From Acholeplasmataceae bacterium (lineage in GTDB: Bacteria > Bacillota_I > Bacilli_A > Acholeplasmatales > Acholeplasmataceae), in the NCBI GenBank assembly GCA_963675245.1, contig OY775910.1, forward strand, positions 1,344,001-1,408,000: a stretch of DNA of 64,000 nt. The letters run 5' to 3'. Each line of letters starts with the position of its first letter. The stretch's first letter is position 1. The notes under the pieces were generated by a model. It did not search any database and was not told where the DNA came from. It saw only the letters and a program-made list of their open reading frames with translations. This document shows positions 9,833-19,563 of the stretch, piece after piece. The position numbers were made by a program, and so were the translations under genes.

Positions 9833-10207
9833 AGTTTATTCGTCGCAAGGAATACAACAACAATATATTAAAACGCTCAAACGAGCGTTTTTTTATGTCT
9901 GAACTAATTCATGCTGCGAAAGAAACGGATATGATTAATGATAAAAGAATCAAAGAAAATCAAAAACATAATAAAAATAATCAACTTTAATTCGCTCAAT
10001 ACAACATTGTTAATGTGTATTTAATAAAAATAACCTATAAAATTTTGACATACTATCATGACAAGATGTATTGTCTTAGAAAATTTGAAATATGTTACAT
10101 TTTTTATGTGTTAAAAAGATATTGTTTACATCCGAATTACAATATAATTATGATTGAATATTATATGATTAGCGCTTATAATGAGGGTGATTAGAAAAGG
10201 CAAGGTG

Positions 10208-11443
10208 ATGGATATGAATAAAAGAGAAATTGTAGATGGTATATATAGTTTTTCAATGAACATTGACAACATTATATTTGAAAATATGTGGGAACTACCT
10301 CATGGTGTATCGATGAATTCATACATTGTTAAAGGTAATGATGTGGCTATTATTGATGGTGTCATAGGTTGGGATGGTGTGCCTGAAACACTTTACAAAA
10401 ATTTAAAAGATTTTGATATTGAACTTGAAGACATTAAATATCTTGTTGTTAACCACGTTGAGATGGATCACACTGGATGGTTGACTAACTTCAAAAAAAT
10501 GAGTAAAGATTTTACCGTTGTCGCAACCAAAAAAGGAGAAGACATAATCAAATCATTTTATGGCGATGACATGAACATCTTAGTGGTCAAAGATGGAGAC
10601 ACATTAGATCTTGGTCATGGTAAGATATTAGCATTTTATGAAATTCCAAATGTACATTGGCCTGAGACGATGATGACTTATGAAATCAGTTCAAAAGCAT
10701 TATTTCCATGTGATTTATATGGTATTTTTGGGACAGTTAAAGGTCATCTTTATGATGATGAATTAACGGATGATGAAAAGAAGATATATGCTGAAGAAGG
10801 CTTAAGGTATTATACCAATGTTATGATGACCTATACACCAAGAGTTAAAAAGGCGATTGAAAAAACAAGGGCATTAGATATTAAGTTAATTCTTCCTGGT
10901 CATGGTATCTTGTATCGTGGTAATCCAGATCAAATCGTAGATGATTATGAACGATGGGGTGCTTATACAAATGGCCAAGGTGAGAATGAAGTCACGATTA
11001 TTTGGGGGTCAATGTATGGATCAACTGAAAAAATGGTCAATTATACGAAAGGACTACTAGAAAAAGAAGGCATTAAAGTAAAGATGGTCCAAATGCCTTA
11101 TGACACACAAAGTAATGTTTTAACAAAATCACTTAGTTCTGCAGCGATAATAATCGCTGCACCTACCTATGAATATAAAATGTTTCCACCTGTAGCTCAT
11201 GCACTTGATGAACTTGGTAGAAAAAGAATGATTGGAAAGAAGACGCTTTATTTTGGATCAGCTGGATGGATTGGTGGTGCAAAAAAGGATTTTGAATCTA
11301 TTCTTGAGACATCACGTATGAAATGGGATATTGTGGATGCTTTAGAGTTTATTGGTACAGCGGATGAAGATGCTTATCAAATGATCAATCATGCAGTTAA
11401 GAAATTAATTGAATCAATGAAGGAAAATATTTATCAAAGATAA
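10208..11443 (+). CDS. fprA: Flavodiiron protein (FprA/A-type flavoprotein)
   Basis: Metallo-beta-lactamase motifs NHVEMDH, HWPE, PGHG plus flavodoxin SMYGST; start uncertain (10181/10208/10214). Confidence 0.9.
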   Translation: MDMNKREIVDGIYSFSMNIDNIIFENMWELPHGVSMNSYIVKGNDVAIIDGVIGWDGVPETLYKNLKDFDIELEDIKYLVVNHVEMDHTGWLTNFKKMSKDFTVVATKKGEDIIKSFYGDDMNILVVKDGDTLDLGHGKILAFYEIPNVHWPETMMTYEISSKALFPCDLYGIFGTVKGHLYDDELTDDEKKIYAEEGLRYYTNVMMTYTPRVKKAIEKTRALDIKLILPGHGILYRGNPDQIVDDYERWGAYTNGQGENEVTIIWGSMYGSTEKMVNYTKGLLEKEGIKVKMVQMPYDTQSNVLTKSLSSAAIIIAAPTYEYKMFPPVAHALDELGRKRMIGKKTLYFGSAGWIGGAKKDFESILETSRMKWDIVDALEFIGTADEDAYQMINHAVKKLIESMKENIYQR

Positions 11444-11769
11444 TCTATTATTTATTTTTGCAACAACTATTAGAGATGTTAGTCAATAGCTAGCATCTTT
11501 TTTGATAAATAAAGAATTATTAACATTATTCATGCATAAGTGTGTGATTTATTGGGATTTAAAGCAAATTGATAAACGTACAATAGTTGTAGTAGTAAGA
11601 TAAAGACAAAGAAAGAAATTACTAACTTTTATCAATGAGGTGACTAACTATTAAAAGTCAAGTACTTTTAGTAGATAAACTGTAAAAACCTCCAATAGCC
11701 ATAATTTTTAGAGGTTAGCCATATAACTGGATGATTTTATGACTTAACCGCCACAGTTTAAGTAATCAA

Positions 11770-12930
11770 TTATTGTAGTTTAGAGGAATCAAAATCTTCC
11801 TGATGTGTTTCGAGATGATGAATGACTCTAATGAGTTTTTTTGAAAGATGAACCAGTGCGACACGATGATGTTTACCCTCTTGTTTCTTCTTGGTGTAGT
11901 AGTCGTAGAAGACGGGGTTATAGATCATAACCATCATTGAGATATTGATGAGTGTTGCTCTTAGGTACTTGCTGCCACGTTTAACCAGTTTACCTGTTGA
12001 AGACATGGTGCCAGACTGTCTGATGGTTGAATCCAGACCTGCATAGGATAACATTTCAGCGGGATTGGAGAAAAGTGAAATATCACCATATTCTGAAACG
12101 ATGACAGCTGCTGAAATGATTCCGATACCTTTAATGGTTTGAATCTTAGTTGGATATCGATGCATTAAAGAAATGATCTGTTTCTCAGTTTCTTCGATAT
12201 CTTGATTGAGTTTCTCAACATAAGAAATTGAAGTCTTAAGTTTGAATAGTTGATGATCTTGTGTCACACCAATGGTTGATTTTGCGAGTTCCTTCAGTTT
12301 AACAAACTTCGGATAATTGAATTTACCCATCGATCGTTTACGAAGCTTATCGAAGTGGTCATCAGTCATCCTTGCTATTTTATCCGGTGATGAAAAGCGC
12401 TTCAAGATGTATAAAGATGTATCACTATAGCCTTGTTCTTGCATAAAAGGTTTGAATTCAGGAAAGATGACATCTAAGACCTTGGTCATCATATTGTAGT
12501 GTTTCGTCCGAATTGAGATGAGTTTAAAACGTAACCTGGTCAGTGATTTTAAAGCACTTATATGATAAGATTGATGATGATAGGCTTTGTAGTCTACAGA
12601 TCTCATATAAGTTGAAATCATTTGTGCATCTTTCTTATCCGTCTTTGTTTTTCTCAGTGAATGGGCTTCTCCAAACTTCTTCACGAGAAAAGGATTAATC
12701 TCCATGAATGAATATCCATGGAGGATAAGAAATGACTTAAGGTTTTCTCCATAATGACCTGTGGCCTCTAAGCCTATTATCATTTCTTGCTTGACTAAAG
12801 AGTTAAAGTATCCTAATAGTTCTTTAAACCCAGACTGACTGTTCTCAAATGAGAACTGATGGCTAACTGTTTCGGTGGCGATGAAACAGTCATGCTTGTA
12901 CTTTGAAATATCGATGCCGATATAGATCAT
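11770..12930 (-). CDS. IS110 family transposase/recombinase (DEDD)
   Basis: IGIDISK, GLEATGHY, KTDKKDA, IKGIG and YAGLD..RQSG motifs. Confidence 0.97.
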   Translation of the reverse strand: MIYIGIDISKYKHDCFIATETVSHQFSFENSQSGFKELLGYFNSLVKQEMIIGLEATGHYGENLKSFLILHGYSFMEINPFLVKKFGEAHSLRKTKTDKKDAQMISTYMRSVDYKAYHHQSYHISALKSLTRLRFKLISIRTKHYNMMTKVLDVIFPEFKPFMQEQGYSDTSLYILKRFSSPDKIARMTDDHFDKLRKRSMGKFNYPKFVKLKELAKSTIGVTQDHQLFKLKTSISYVEKLNQDIEETEKQIISLMHRYPTKIQTIKGIGIISAAVIVSEYGDISLFSNPAEMLSYAGLDSTIRQSGTMSSTGKLVKRGSKYLRATLINISMMVMIYNPVFYDYYTKKKQEGKHHRVALVHLSKKLIRVIHHLETHQEDFDSSKLQ

Positions 12931-12974
12931 AAGTACACCTCCAAGAATTAAATTTGTACGTGTGGTAAGTCCAG

Positions 12975-13110
12975 CAGCGTCTTTATCTCATAATCATGTA
13001 AAAAGCGTCTTCCGCTAACTAACTATTGCTGATTAAAATAAAGACCGTGGTAAGCGTCACCTCAAAATAGTCTAGGTTATAAAAATATGACACAGATCCA
13101 CAGTACATTA
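12975..13110 (-). ncRNA. Predicted IS110 bridge RNA (core region; true ends unknown)
   Basis: Two stem-internal-loop domains whose loops match the element/target junctions in LTG-RTG-LDG-RDG order. Confidence 0.75.
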
Positions 13111-13195
13111 TTAGTATATTAAATTAGAACGAAAGGAGTAAAGATTTAAAGACTTAAGTAACTAACTTAATACACTTTAAATCTTACATGACTGT

Positions 13196-13525
13196 ATGAA
13201 AAATAAAATCATCATATTATTACTCCTGGTTTCATTTTTTGTTGGTGCTGTTCAATTATTATCTAATCGATCAGTTTCGACTGATGCAAACTCAGGTGCT
13301 ACACAACACGCTATTTCATCAAACATTGATGGCACGACAAGTCCAACAATCATTAATGAAGGTGCATTTTTTGATGGTCTTGCAGGTGTAACGATGATAT
13401 CTGAACTAGATGCCTTAAGTGGTGCATCAACATCTAGAGATGAATATGACGACGATGATGATGAACATGAAGATGAGTATGAACATGAAGATGAACACGA
13501 AGATGAATCGGAGTATGATGACTAA
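13196..13525 (+). CDS. Small exported protein with repeated DxxSGAT-like (flavinylation-type) motifs and His/acidic tail
   Basis: N-terminal hydrophobic segment; DANSGAT, DGTTSPT, DGLAGVT, DALSGAS; EHEDEY repeats; RBS displaced by IS110. Confidence 0.7.
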   Translation: MKNKIIILLLLVSFFVGAVQLLSNRSVSTDANSGATQHAISSNIDGTTSPTIINEGAFFDGLAGVTMISELDALSGASTSRDEYDDDDDEHEDEYEHEDEHEDESEYDD

Positions 13526-14148
13526 TGTTGACTATTTTATTAACAGCATTATTATTTGCAGTTTCCGGATATTTTTTCAGTAAGCAAATTAGAGTAAGTG
13601 CAATCTTTTGGTATATAGTTGCTAGCCTTATAGCGATATTTGTAGATCCTCATTCTGCAAATATATTTAGTCTTGGTTACGTCGCATTTGGTATTTTATT
13701 GTTAGTGATGTTTATGGGTGTATTTGATAAAGGAAAATTTAGAAATCAATTATTAGGAGTTAGAGGAGAATATGCCATCATTGGCACGATTTTATTGTTT
13801 CCACATGCGTGGGGTTATTTTGAATTTTATGGACTTGAAAACAATTTTTTTCAAAACAATCTATCCTTCTATATAGGTATAATTGCTTTAATCACTATGT
13901 TACCTTTAACATTAACCTCATTTAGAATTGTAAAAAGTAAAATGAAATATAAGAAATGGAAGAAATTACATCAACTATCTTATTTATTTTACGCACTGAT
14001 TGCTACACATATAATCTTACTTGACAATCAAAGATTTTGGCTTTATGTCATGATATTTGGAGTTTATACGATTATGAAGGTGATTATGCTACTTCAACCG
14101 AATAAAGCTAAACAACAGCAAAAACACAAAGCTATCCAACACAATTAA
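13525..14148 (+). CDS. Ferric reductase-like (MsrQ-type) transmembrane protein
   Basis: About 6 TMs; LTS...WKKLHQLSY..H heme-ligand pattern. Confidence 0.8.
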   Translation: MLTILLTALLFAVSGYFFSKQIRVSAIFWYIVASLIAIFVDPHSANIFSLGYVAFGILLLVMFMGVFDKGKFRNQLLGVRGEYAIIGTILLFPHAWGYFEFYGLENNFFQNNLSFYIGIIALITMLPLTLTSFRIVKSKMKYKKWKKLHQLSYLFYALIATHIILLDNQRFWLYVMIFGVYTIMKVIMLLQPNKAKQQQKHKAIQHN

Positions 14149-14165
14149 ATTTTAAAGAAAGGTGA

Positions 14166-14543
14166 ATGTACATGAGTGTTTTTACAACATTTTTAGAAAA
14201 AATAAATTCATTAGAACATCGTTATAAATTAGCGAATATATTGGATTGGATTCAGACCAACTATCCACAATTAGTACCTATGATTAAATGGAATCAACCT
14301 ATGTTTACTGATCATGATACATTTATTATAGGTTTTAGTGTTGCGAAACAACATATCGCCATCACCATTGAAAAATATGGCATGGATAAATTTAGATTAG
14401 AAATTGAAAATGCAGGATACGAACAAACCATGATGCTTTTTAAAATCAAGTGGGAGCAAACCGTTAATTATGGTCTATTGGAACGCATGATTGCATTTAA
14501 AATCAATGATAAATTAAATGATACTCATTTTTGGAAAAAGTGA
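14166..14543 (+). CDS. DUF1801/YdhG-like protein
   Basis: IKWNQPMFTDHDTFIIGFSVAKQHI motif. Confidence 0.8.
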   Translation: MYMSVFTTFLEKINSLEHRYKLANILDWIQTNYPQLVPMIKWNQPMFTDHDTFIIGFSVAKQHIAITIEKYGMDKFRLEIENAGYEQTMMLFKIKWEQTVNYGLLERMIAFKINDKLNDTHFWKK

Positions 14544-14692
14544 TGATTTGTCTTTACATAAAAGCGTTTACATTTTATAATATAAGTATGAGACATCTTG
14601 TTATTTTAGAGAAAGAATATGATAGGATTAAATATAAGACTAATAGCCTTTTTTAAGGTTGTTTTTTTCGTTGAAAGTGGGGAACATATATC

Positions 14693-16483
14693 GTGATAAA
14701 AGGAATAAATGCGATTGAATGGGTTAACGAAATGGCATTGCTTTGTGAACCGAATGACATTCATTGGGTAACAGGTGAAGAAGAAGAAAATAAGGCTTTT
14801 TTAGATCAATTAATAAATGAGCATAAAGCCATAAAGTTAAATGAAAAAACAAGACCTAATTCGTATGCTTTCTTTAGTGATCCGATGGATGTTGCACGGG
14901 TTGAAGAGAGAACATTTATTGCAAGTCTTAATGAAGATGATTCAGGTCCTACAAATCATTGGCGTGAACCCGAAGAATTAAAAGCAGAAATGAAAGCTTT
15001 ATATAAAGGTTCTATGAAAGGTAGAACCATGTATGTGATTCCATTCATTATGGGTCCATATGGGTCGCCACTTTCTAAAATTGGTATCCAACTCACTGAT
15101 AGTTTGTATGTGGTTGTCAATATGAGGATCATGACAAGAGTTGGGTATAAAGTACTTGAACTCATTAATCAAGGTGAATCATTCGTACCGTGCCTACATT
15201 CAGTTGGATATCCGTTAATAGAAGATGTACCTGATATTGCTTGGCCTTCTGCACCCATTGAAAAGAAATATATTGCTCATTTTCCTGATGAAGAATTGAT
15301 TTGGTCATATGGATCAGGTTATGGTGGAAATGCGTTGTTAGGCAAGAAATGTCTAGCATTAAGAATTGCTAGTGTGATGGCAAAAAAAGAACACTGGATG
15401 GCTGAACACATGTTAATCATTAAGGTGACTAATCCTGAAGGAAAAGTTAAATACATAACAGGTGCATTTCCCTCTGCGTGTGGTAAGACCAATCTGGCGA
15501 TGTTAATCCCTACAATTAAAGGGTGGAAAGTTGAAACAATCGGTGACGATATAGCATGGTTGTGGGTCAAAGAAGACGGGAAATTATATGCGATAAACCC
15601 TGAATATGGTTTCTTTGGTGTGGCTAAAGGAACATCGTATAAATCAAATCCAAACGCGATGAAAACAATCGAAAAAAATGCCATATTTACGAATGTCGCG
15701 ATCACTGATGATAATGATGTGTGGTGGGAAGGTATTGATTATGATAAACCTAACCATTTAAAAGATTGGGAACATCATGATTGGTATGCTGGTTCTTCAG
15801 CACCTGCAGCTCATCCTAATGGTCGTTTTACTGCTTATGCAAGCCAATCCCCTGTCATGGCACCTGAATGGGAAGATCCTCATGGTGTGCCGATATCTGC
15901 AATATTAGTGGGTGGTAGAAGACCTGATACTATTCCATTAGTACATGAAAGTTTAAATTGGAATCACGGCGTCTTTATGGGATCTATGATGGGATCTGAA
16001 ATCACAGCAGCGACTCTCACAAAAGATGTTGGTAAAATCAGAAGAGATCCGTTTGCGATGTTACCTTTTATAGGGTATCATGTCGGTGACTATTTGAATC
16101 ATTGGTTAGAGATGGGAAAAAGAATAAACAAAAAAACAGAGCCGAAATTTTTCTATGTCAATTGGTTTAGACGTGATGAAAATGGTCAATTTTTATGGCC
16201 CGGATTTGGTGAAAATTCTAGAGTGATTAAATGGATATTTGAGCGTTGCGATCACACAGTTGATGCTAAAATGACACCGATTGGTTATATACCTGAAAAG
16301 GATAGTCTAGATTTAGAAGGTATTGATGTATCTGAGGATCAAATGAATGAATTATTAACGGTTAATAAAGATCAGTGGCTTACTGAAGCTAGCTCAATTG
16401 AGAAATTTTATCAAACGATTGGTAGAAAGTTACCAACTGCATTAATACAGGAATTAGAAAATTTAAAAAAGAGATTAAAATAA
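14693..16483 (+). CDS. pckG: Phosphoenolpyruvate carboxykinase (GTP)
   Basis: FPSACGKTNLAM, GDDIAW, GSGYGGNALLGKKC, AAHPNGRF. Confidence 0.97.
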   Translation: MIKGINAIEWVNEMALLCEPNDIHWVTGEEEENKAFLDQLINEHKAIKLNEKTRPNSYAFFSDPMDVARVEERTFIASLNEDDSGPTNHWREPEELKAEMKALYKGSMKGRTMYVIPFIMGPYGSPLSKIGIQLTDSLYVVVNMRIMTRVGYKVLELINQGESFVPCLHSVGYPLIEDVPDIAWPSAPIEKKYIAHFPDEELIWSYGSGYGGNALLGKKCLALRIASVMAKKEHWMAEHMLIIKVTNPEGKVKYITGAFPSACGKTNLAMLIPTIKGWKVETIGDDIAWLWVKEDGKLYAINPEYGFFGVAKGTSYKSNPNAMKTIEKNAIFTNVAITDDNDVWWEGIDYDKPNHLKDWEHHDWYAGSSAPAAHPNGRFTAYASQSPVMAPEWEDPHGVPISAILVGGRRPDTIPLVHESLNWNHGVFMGSMMGSEITAATLTKDVGKIRRDPFAMLPFIGYHVGDYLNHWLEMGKRINKKTEPKFFYVNWFRRDENGQFLWPGFGENSRVIKWIFERCDHTVDAKMTPIGYIPEKDSLDLEGIDVSEDQMNELLTVNKDQWLTEASSIEKFYQTIGRKLPTALIQELENLKKRLK

Positions 16484-16506
16484 AAACCTCTTAATTGAGG
16501 TTTTTT
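16482..16506. terminator. Bidirectional intrinsic terminator
   Basis: AAAAACCTC-TTAATT-GAGGTTTTT between convergent genes. Confidence 0.85.
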
Positions 16507-18118
16507 AATAACTGGCAATAGCACCATCGCATCTTGATTCGGTACCACCGACGAGTACGCCAGTTTCATTGTTTCTCCAAATAATTTGCCCTCTACCGAA
16601 AGAGGAAGAATCTGTTTCTATTTTAATGTCATGTCCTTTTGCAATGAGTGCTTTTATGATTGCTTTATCACAGGCTGATTCAACTGCAACTTGTTTTTGT
16701 TGAAGCCATTGCCATCTTGGTGCATCAAGTGCCGATTGTGGATTCATCTTAAAATCGATTGTGTTCATAATGACTTGGAGATGTCCTTGCGGTTGCATAA
16801 AACCGCCCATAACGCCAAATGGACCTATCGCTTTATTATCTTTAGTTAAAAAGCCAGGGATGATCGTATGATATGGTTTCTTTCGCGGTGCTAAAGCATT
16901 ATAATGTGTGTCATCAAACGAGAAGTTGTGACCTCTGTTTTGAAGTGCAATTCCTGTATGTGGAATCACTATACCAGAACCGAAGCCCATATAATTACTT
17001 TGGATATAAGAGACCATATTACCTTCTTGATCAGCTGTTGCTAAATAAACAGTACCACCTTTTGGTGGGATACCTGCTTTAGGTATTTGTGCTTGGTCTG
17101 AAATAAGTAAACGTCTTTGTTTAGCATAATCTTCACTTAATAATCCTTTAATAGAAACGTGCATATACTTATGATCAGTAACATAAGTTTGTGCATCAGC
17201 AAAAGCGAGTTTAATCGCTTCGATTTGTTTATGAAATGTATCAGCACTATCATGATGATCAAAGGTATCATGTTTCAATATATTTAAGGCTTGAAGCGCA
17301 ACGATGCCTTGTCCATTAGGTGGCATTTCCCACACATTAAAGCCTTTATAGTTCACGGAAATTGGCGTGATCCACTCGGGTTCATAGGATGAGAAATCTT
17401 CTTTACATAAAAAACCACCATGTGCCTTTGAAAAAGCTATGATTTGATCTGTCAATTCACCATCATAAAATGCTTTAGCATATGTTTTACCAATGAGTTC
17501 AAGTGTCTTAGCATGACCTTTTGAATGCCACATTTCTCCAATTTTTGGTGCTTGACCATTGATTGTGAATGTATCAAACCAAGGCTTAAACATGTCATCT
17601 TTAAGATGTTTAGAGTAGAGGTTAAATGCATTTTCCCAATGGTAACCGAGTGTGGGTGAAATGGGATATCCGAATGCCGCATAGTTAATTGCAGGTTGTA
17701 AGACATCAATTAGTGGTAACTTCCCAAAACGTTTTGAAAGCATTGCCCATCCAGCTGGTGTACCAGGTACTGTAACAGGTACCATACCAAAACGGGGTAT
17801 TTCAGTTAGACCCATTTTCTTTAAGGCGTCAATGGAAATGTCTTTAGGTGCATAACCACTCGCATTGAGACCATGAAGTTCACCTTTAAACCAAACGATT
17901 GCAAAAGCATCACTACCAATGCCATTAGAAGTAGGTTCGACAACTGTAAGGCATGCTGCGGTTGCAATTGCAGCATCAATAGCGTTACCACCTTTTTTTA
18001 AAATATCCAATCCTGCTTGAGCGGCTAAAGGTTGAGAAGTAGCAACCATACCGTTTCTAGCATAGACACAATTTCTTTTAGAGGGATAGGGATATGAGAG
18101 TGGATTGTTTTCGAACAT
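16505..18118 (-). CDS. Gamma-glutamyltransferase family protein (YwrD-like)
   Basis: GGNAIDAAIA, GGTVY nucleophile site, PYHTIIP, GVMGGFMQPQGH. Confidence 0.93.
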   Translation of the reverse strand: MFENNPLSYPYPSKRNCVYARNGMVATSQPLAAQAGLDILKKGGNAIDAAIATAACLTVVEPTSNGIGSDAFAIVWFKGELHGLNASGYAPKDISIDALKKMGLTEIPRFGMVPVTVPGTPAGWAMLSKRFGKLPLIDVLQPAINYAAFGYPISPTLGYHWENAFNLYSKHLKDDMFKPWFDTFTINGQAPKIGEMWHSKGHAKTLELIGKTYAKAFYDGELTDQIIAFSKAHGGFLCKEDFSSYEPEWITPISVNYKGFNVWEMPPNGQGIVALQALNILKHDTFDHHDSADTFHKQIEAIKLAFADAQTYVTDHKYMHVSIKGLLSEDYAKQRRLLISDQAQIPKAGIPPKGGTVYLATADQEGNMVSYIQSNYMGFGSGIVIPHTGIALQNRGHNFSFDDTHYNALAPRKKPYHTIIPGFLTKDNKAIGPFGVMGGFMQPQGHLQVIMNTIDFKMNPQSALDAPRWQWLQQKQVAVESACDKAIIKALIAKGHDIKIETDSSSFGRGQIIWRNNETGVLVGGTESRCDGAIASY

Positions 18119-18279
18119 GATGATCTCTCCTTAAATATTTAACTTAAATATAGTATATAACAATGCTTTTAAAAAAGACAAAATATCGAGCAAATAAGCC
18201 AAAAAGTTCAGTATATCATTGAATATTTGTCATGAAAACTGCTAAAATAAAATTACAATATAAATTAAGGGAGAAATTT

Positions 18280-18993
18280 ATGATTTCATTTGTAAAGAAA
18301 TTTAAGGACATCTTGAATGTTGAGCTACAACTTGTCATCGTTATTATCATTGCGATTTATACGTTGGCATTTAGGGTTGCTTATATAGGTGGCTTTTTCG
18401 CAGCTCTTACATCATTATTACCAATATTGTTAATTGTATGTTCATCAGTATTACTCGTCTTTTTCAAGAAACCATTAGCAGGACATGCAGTCTTACTGTT
18501 AGGATTATTTATAGATGGATTAACCAATTTTATAGGTGCATTATTTAATTTATCATTTGGTCCTTTTGTATATGCACCAGGGTTTACACCTCAACTATTC
18601 GTAAACCTTATTATATTTATTTATTTAACACTCATAGTTATCTCATATTTAATGGCAGGTGGCGTTAGCACAAATCCACTTAAAGGTAAAACATTCATGT
18701 TAGGTGTTTTACTATTCGTGTTCGTATGGTTACTTCAAGGTTTTTATATTGCTGTGACTGCTTTGGCATTACCTCTGATTGCACTATTTATAGGATTAGA
18801 ATTCCCTGCTTTGATACTTATGCTCGCTATTGTGATTGATGAACCTTTCATATTCATTAATGACGCGATAAACTTGTCACTTGGATCGAGTGATTTAACT
18901 TATTATTTTTACATGATAGGTGCTGTATTCTTTATTTATTTATTGGGAGTAGAAGTCTATAAAGCAATTAGAAGTAAAAACTATAAATCATAA
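18280..18993 (+). CDS. Membrane protein, unknown function
   Basis: Multi-TM ORF 18232-18993; AAGGGAG RBS favours ATG 18280. Confidence 0.75.
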   Translation: MISFVKKFKDILNVELQLVIVIIIAIYTLAFRVAYIGGFFAALTSLLPILLIVCSSVLLVFFKKPLAGHAVLLLGLFIDGLTNFIGALFNLSFGPFVYAPGFTPQLFVNLIIFIYLTLIVISYLMAGGVSTNPLKGKTFMLGVLLFVFVWLLQGFYIAVTALALPLIALFIGLEFPALILMLAIVIDEPFIFINDAINLSLGSSDLTYYFYMIGAVFFIYLLGVEVYKAIRSKNYKS

Positions 18994-19065
18994 TAAAGTT
19001 ACACAATATCCACATTGTCACAAATGCCATGTCAAAAGGCATGGCATTTTTAATTGACATGATAT

Positions 19066-19142
19066 GCACTCGTAGCTCAGTTGGATAGAGCAGTGCCCTC
19101 CTAAGGCAAAGGTCGTGTGTTCGAATCACATCGGGTGCGCCA
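19066..19142 (+). tRNA. tRNA-Arg(CCT)
   Basis: GCACTCG/CGGGTGC acceptor stem, TGCC-CT-CCT-AA-GGCA anticodon arm, TTCGAAT, CCA. Confidence 0.95.
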
Positions 19143-19273
19143 TATAAAAAATAAGTCACTTTTTGAGTGACTTTTTTAATTTTGACATGAATATATGCCA
19201 TTGAAAACGCTTTACCACTAACAGTTTAAAGTAAATGTCGTTGTATCGTGATACAATAATCGTATAAGGGGAC

Positions 19274-19555
19274 TTGATTATGTTAAAAAACAAGACTTAC
19301 GCAAATGGACAAAAGACATATGAATTAAAAGATCATAAGATGACAGTCTTTTTTAAGAATGGTCTTGTTAAAGCACAAGGTTTGCTTGAAAATAATTTAA
19401 TGGAAGGCGAATGGATGTTTTATCGCAATTCTGGAGAATTATGGCAAATAGGTCACTTTACACATAATCAAAAGCATGGTACTTGGACAAGGTTCGATCG
19501 TGCTGGCAAGGTTGAAAAAAAAGAAGAGTTTGCTTTTGGCAAGCCGGTTAAATAG
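19274..19555 (+). CDS. MORN-variant repeat protein (YwqK-like)
   Basis: Repeated F/Y..NG...G....G.W units. Confidence 0.8.
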   Translation: MIMLKNKTYANGQKTYELKDHKMTVFFKNGLVKAQGLLENNLMEGEWMFYRNSGELWQIGHFTHNQKHGTWTRFDRAGKVEKKEEFAFGKPVK

Positions 19556-19563
19556 GGGGATTT

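Larger units (their letters stand above)
322..9895. mobile_element. Decayed genomic island downstream of tRNA-Ser (boundaries approximate)
   Basis: Visibly more AT-rich, co-oriented orphan ORFs, degenerate copy of the tRNA 3' end at 1810-1823, repeats, nonsense codons, excisionase-like gene at far end; no integrase seen. Confidence 0.6.
11643..13192 (-). mobile_element. IS110-family insertion sequence, complete
   Basis: Transposase plus long non-coding left end; core AC (GT on minus strand) at 11643-11644 and 13191-13192; joining the ends gives TTGACT-N17-TAAGAT; removal restores GAGGTG-ACTGT-ATG. Confidence 0.88.

Noticed and set aside
322..9895. Intact prophage, ICE or classical integron
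   Set aside because: No integrase, structural, conjugation or replication genes and no canonical attC ends; only an excisionase-like HTH remains
13131..13138. GAAAGGAG (shared CCT on the minus strand) as the IS110 left boundary or as RBS for 13196
   Set aside because: The 13191-13192 boundary explains guides, circle promoter and restored RBS; this motif is about 58 nt from the ATG
18968..19201. 77-aa minus-strand ORF
   Set aside because: Antisense translation of tRNA-Arg(CCT)
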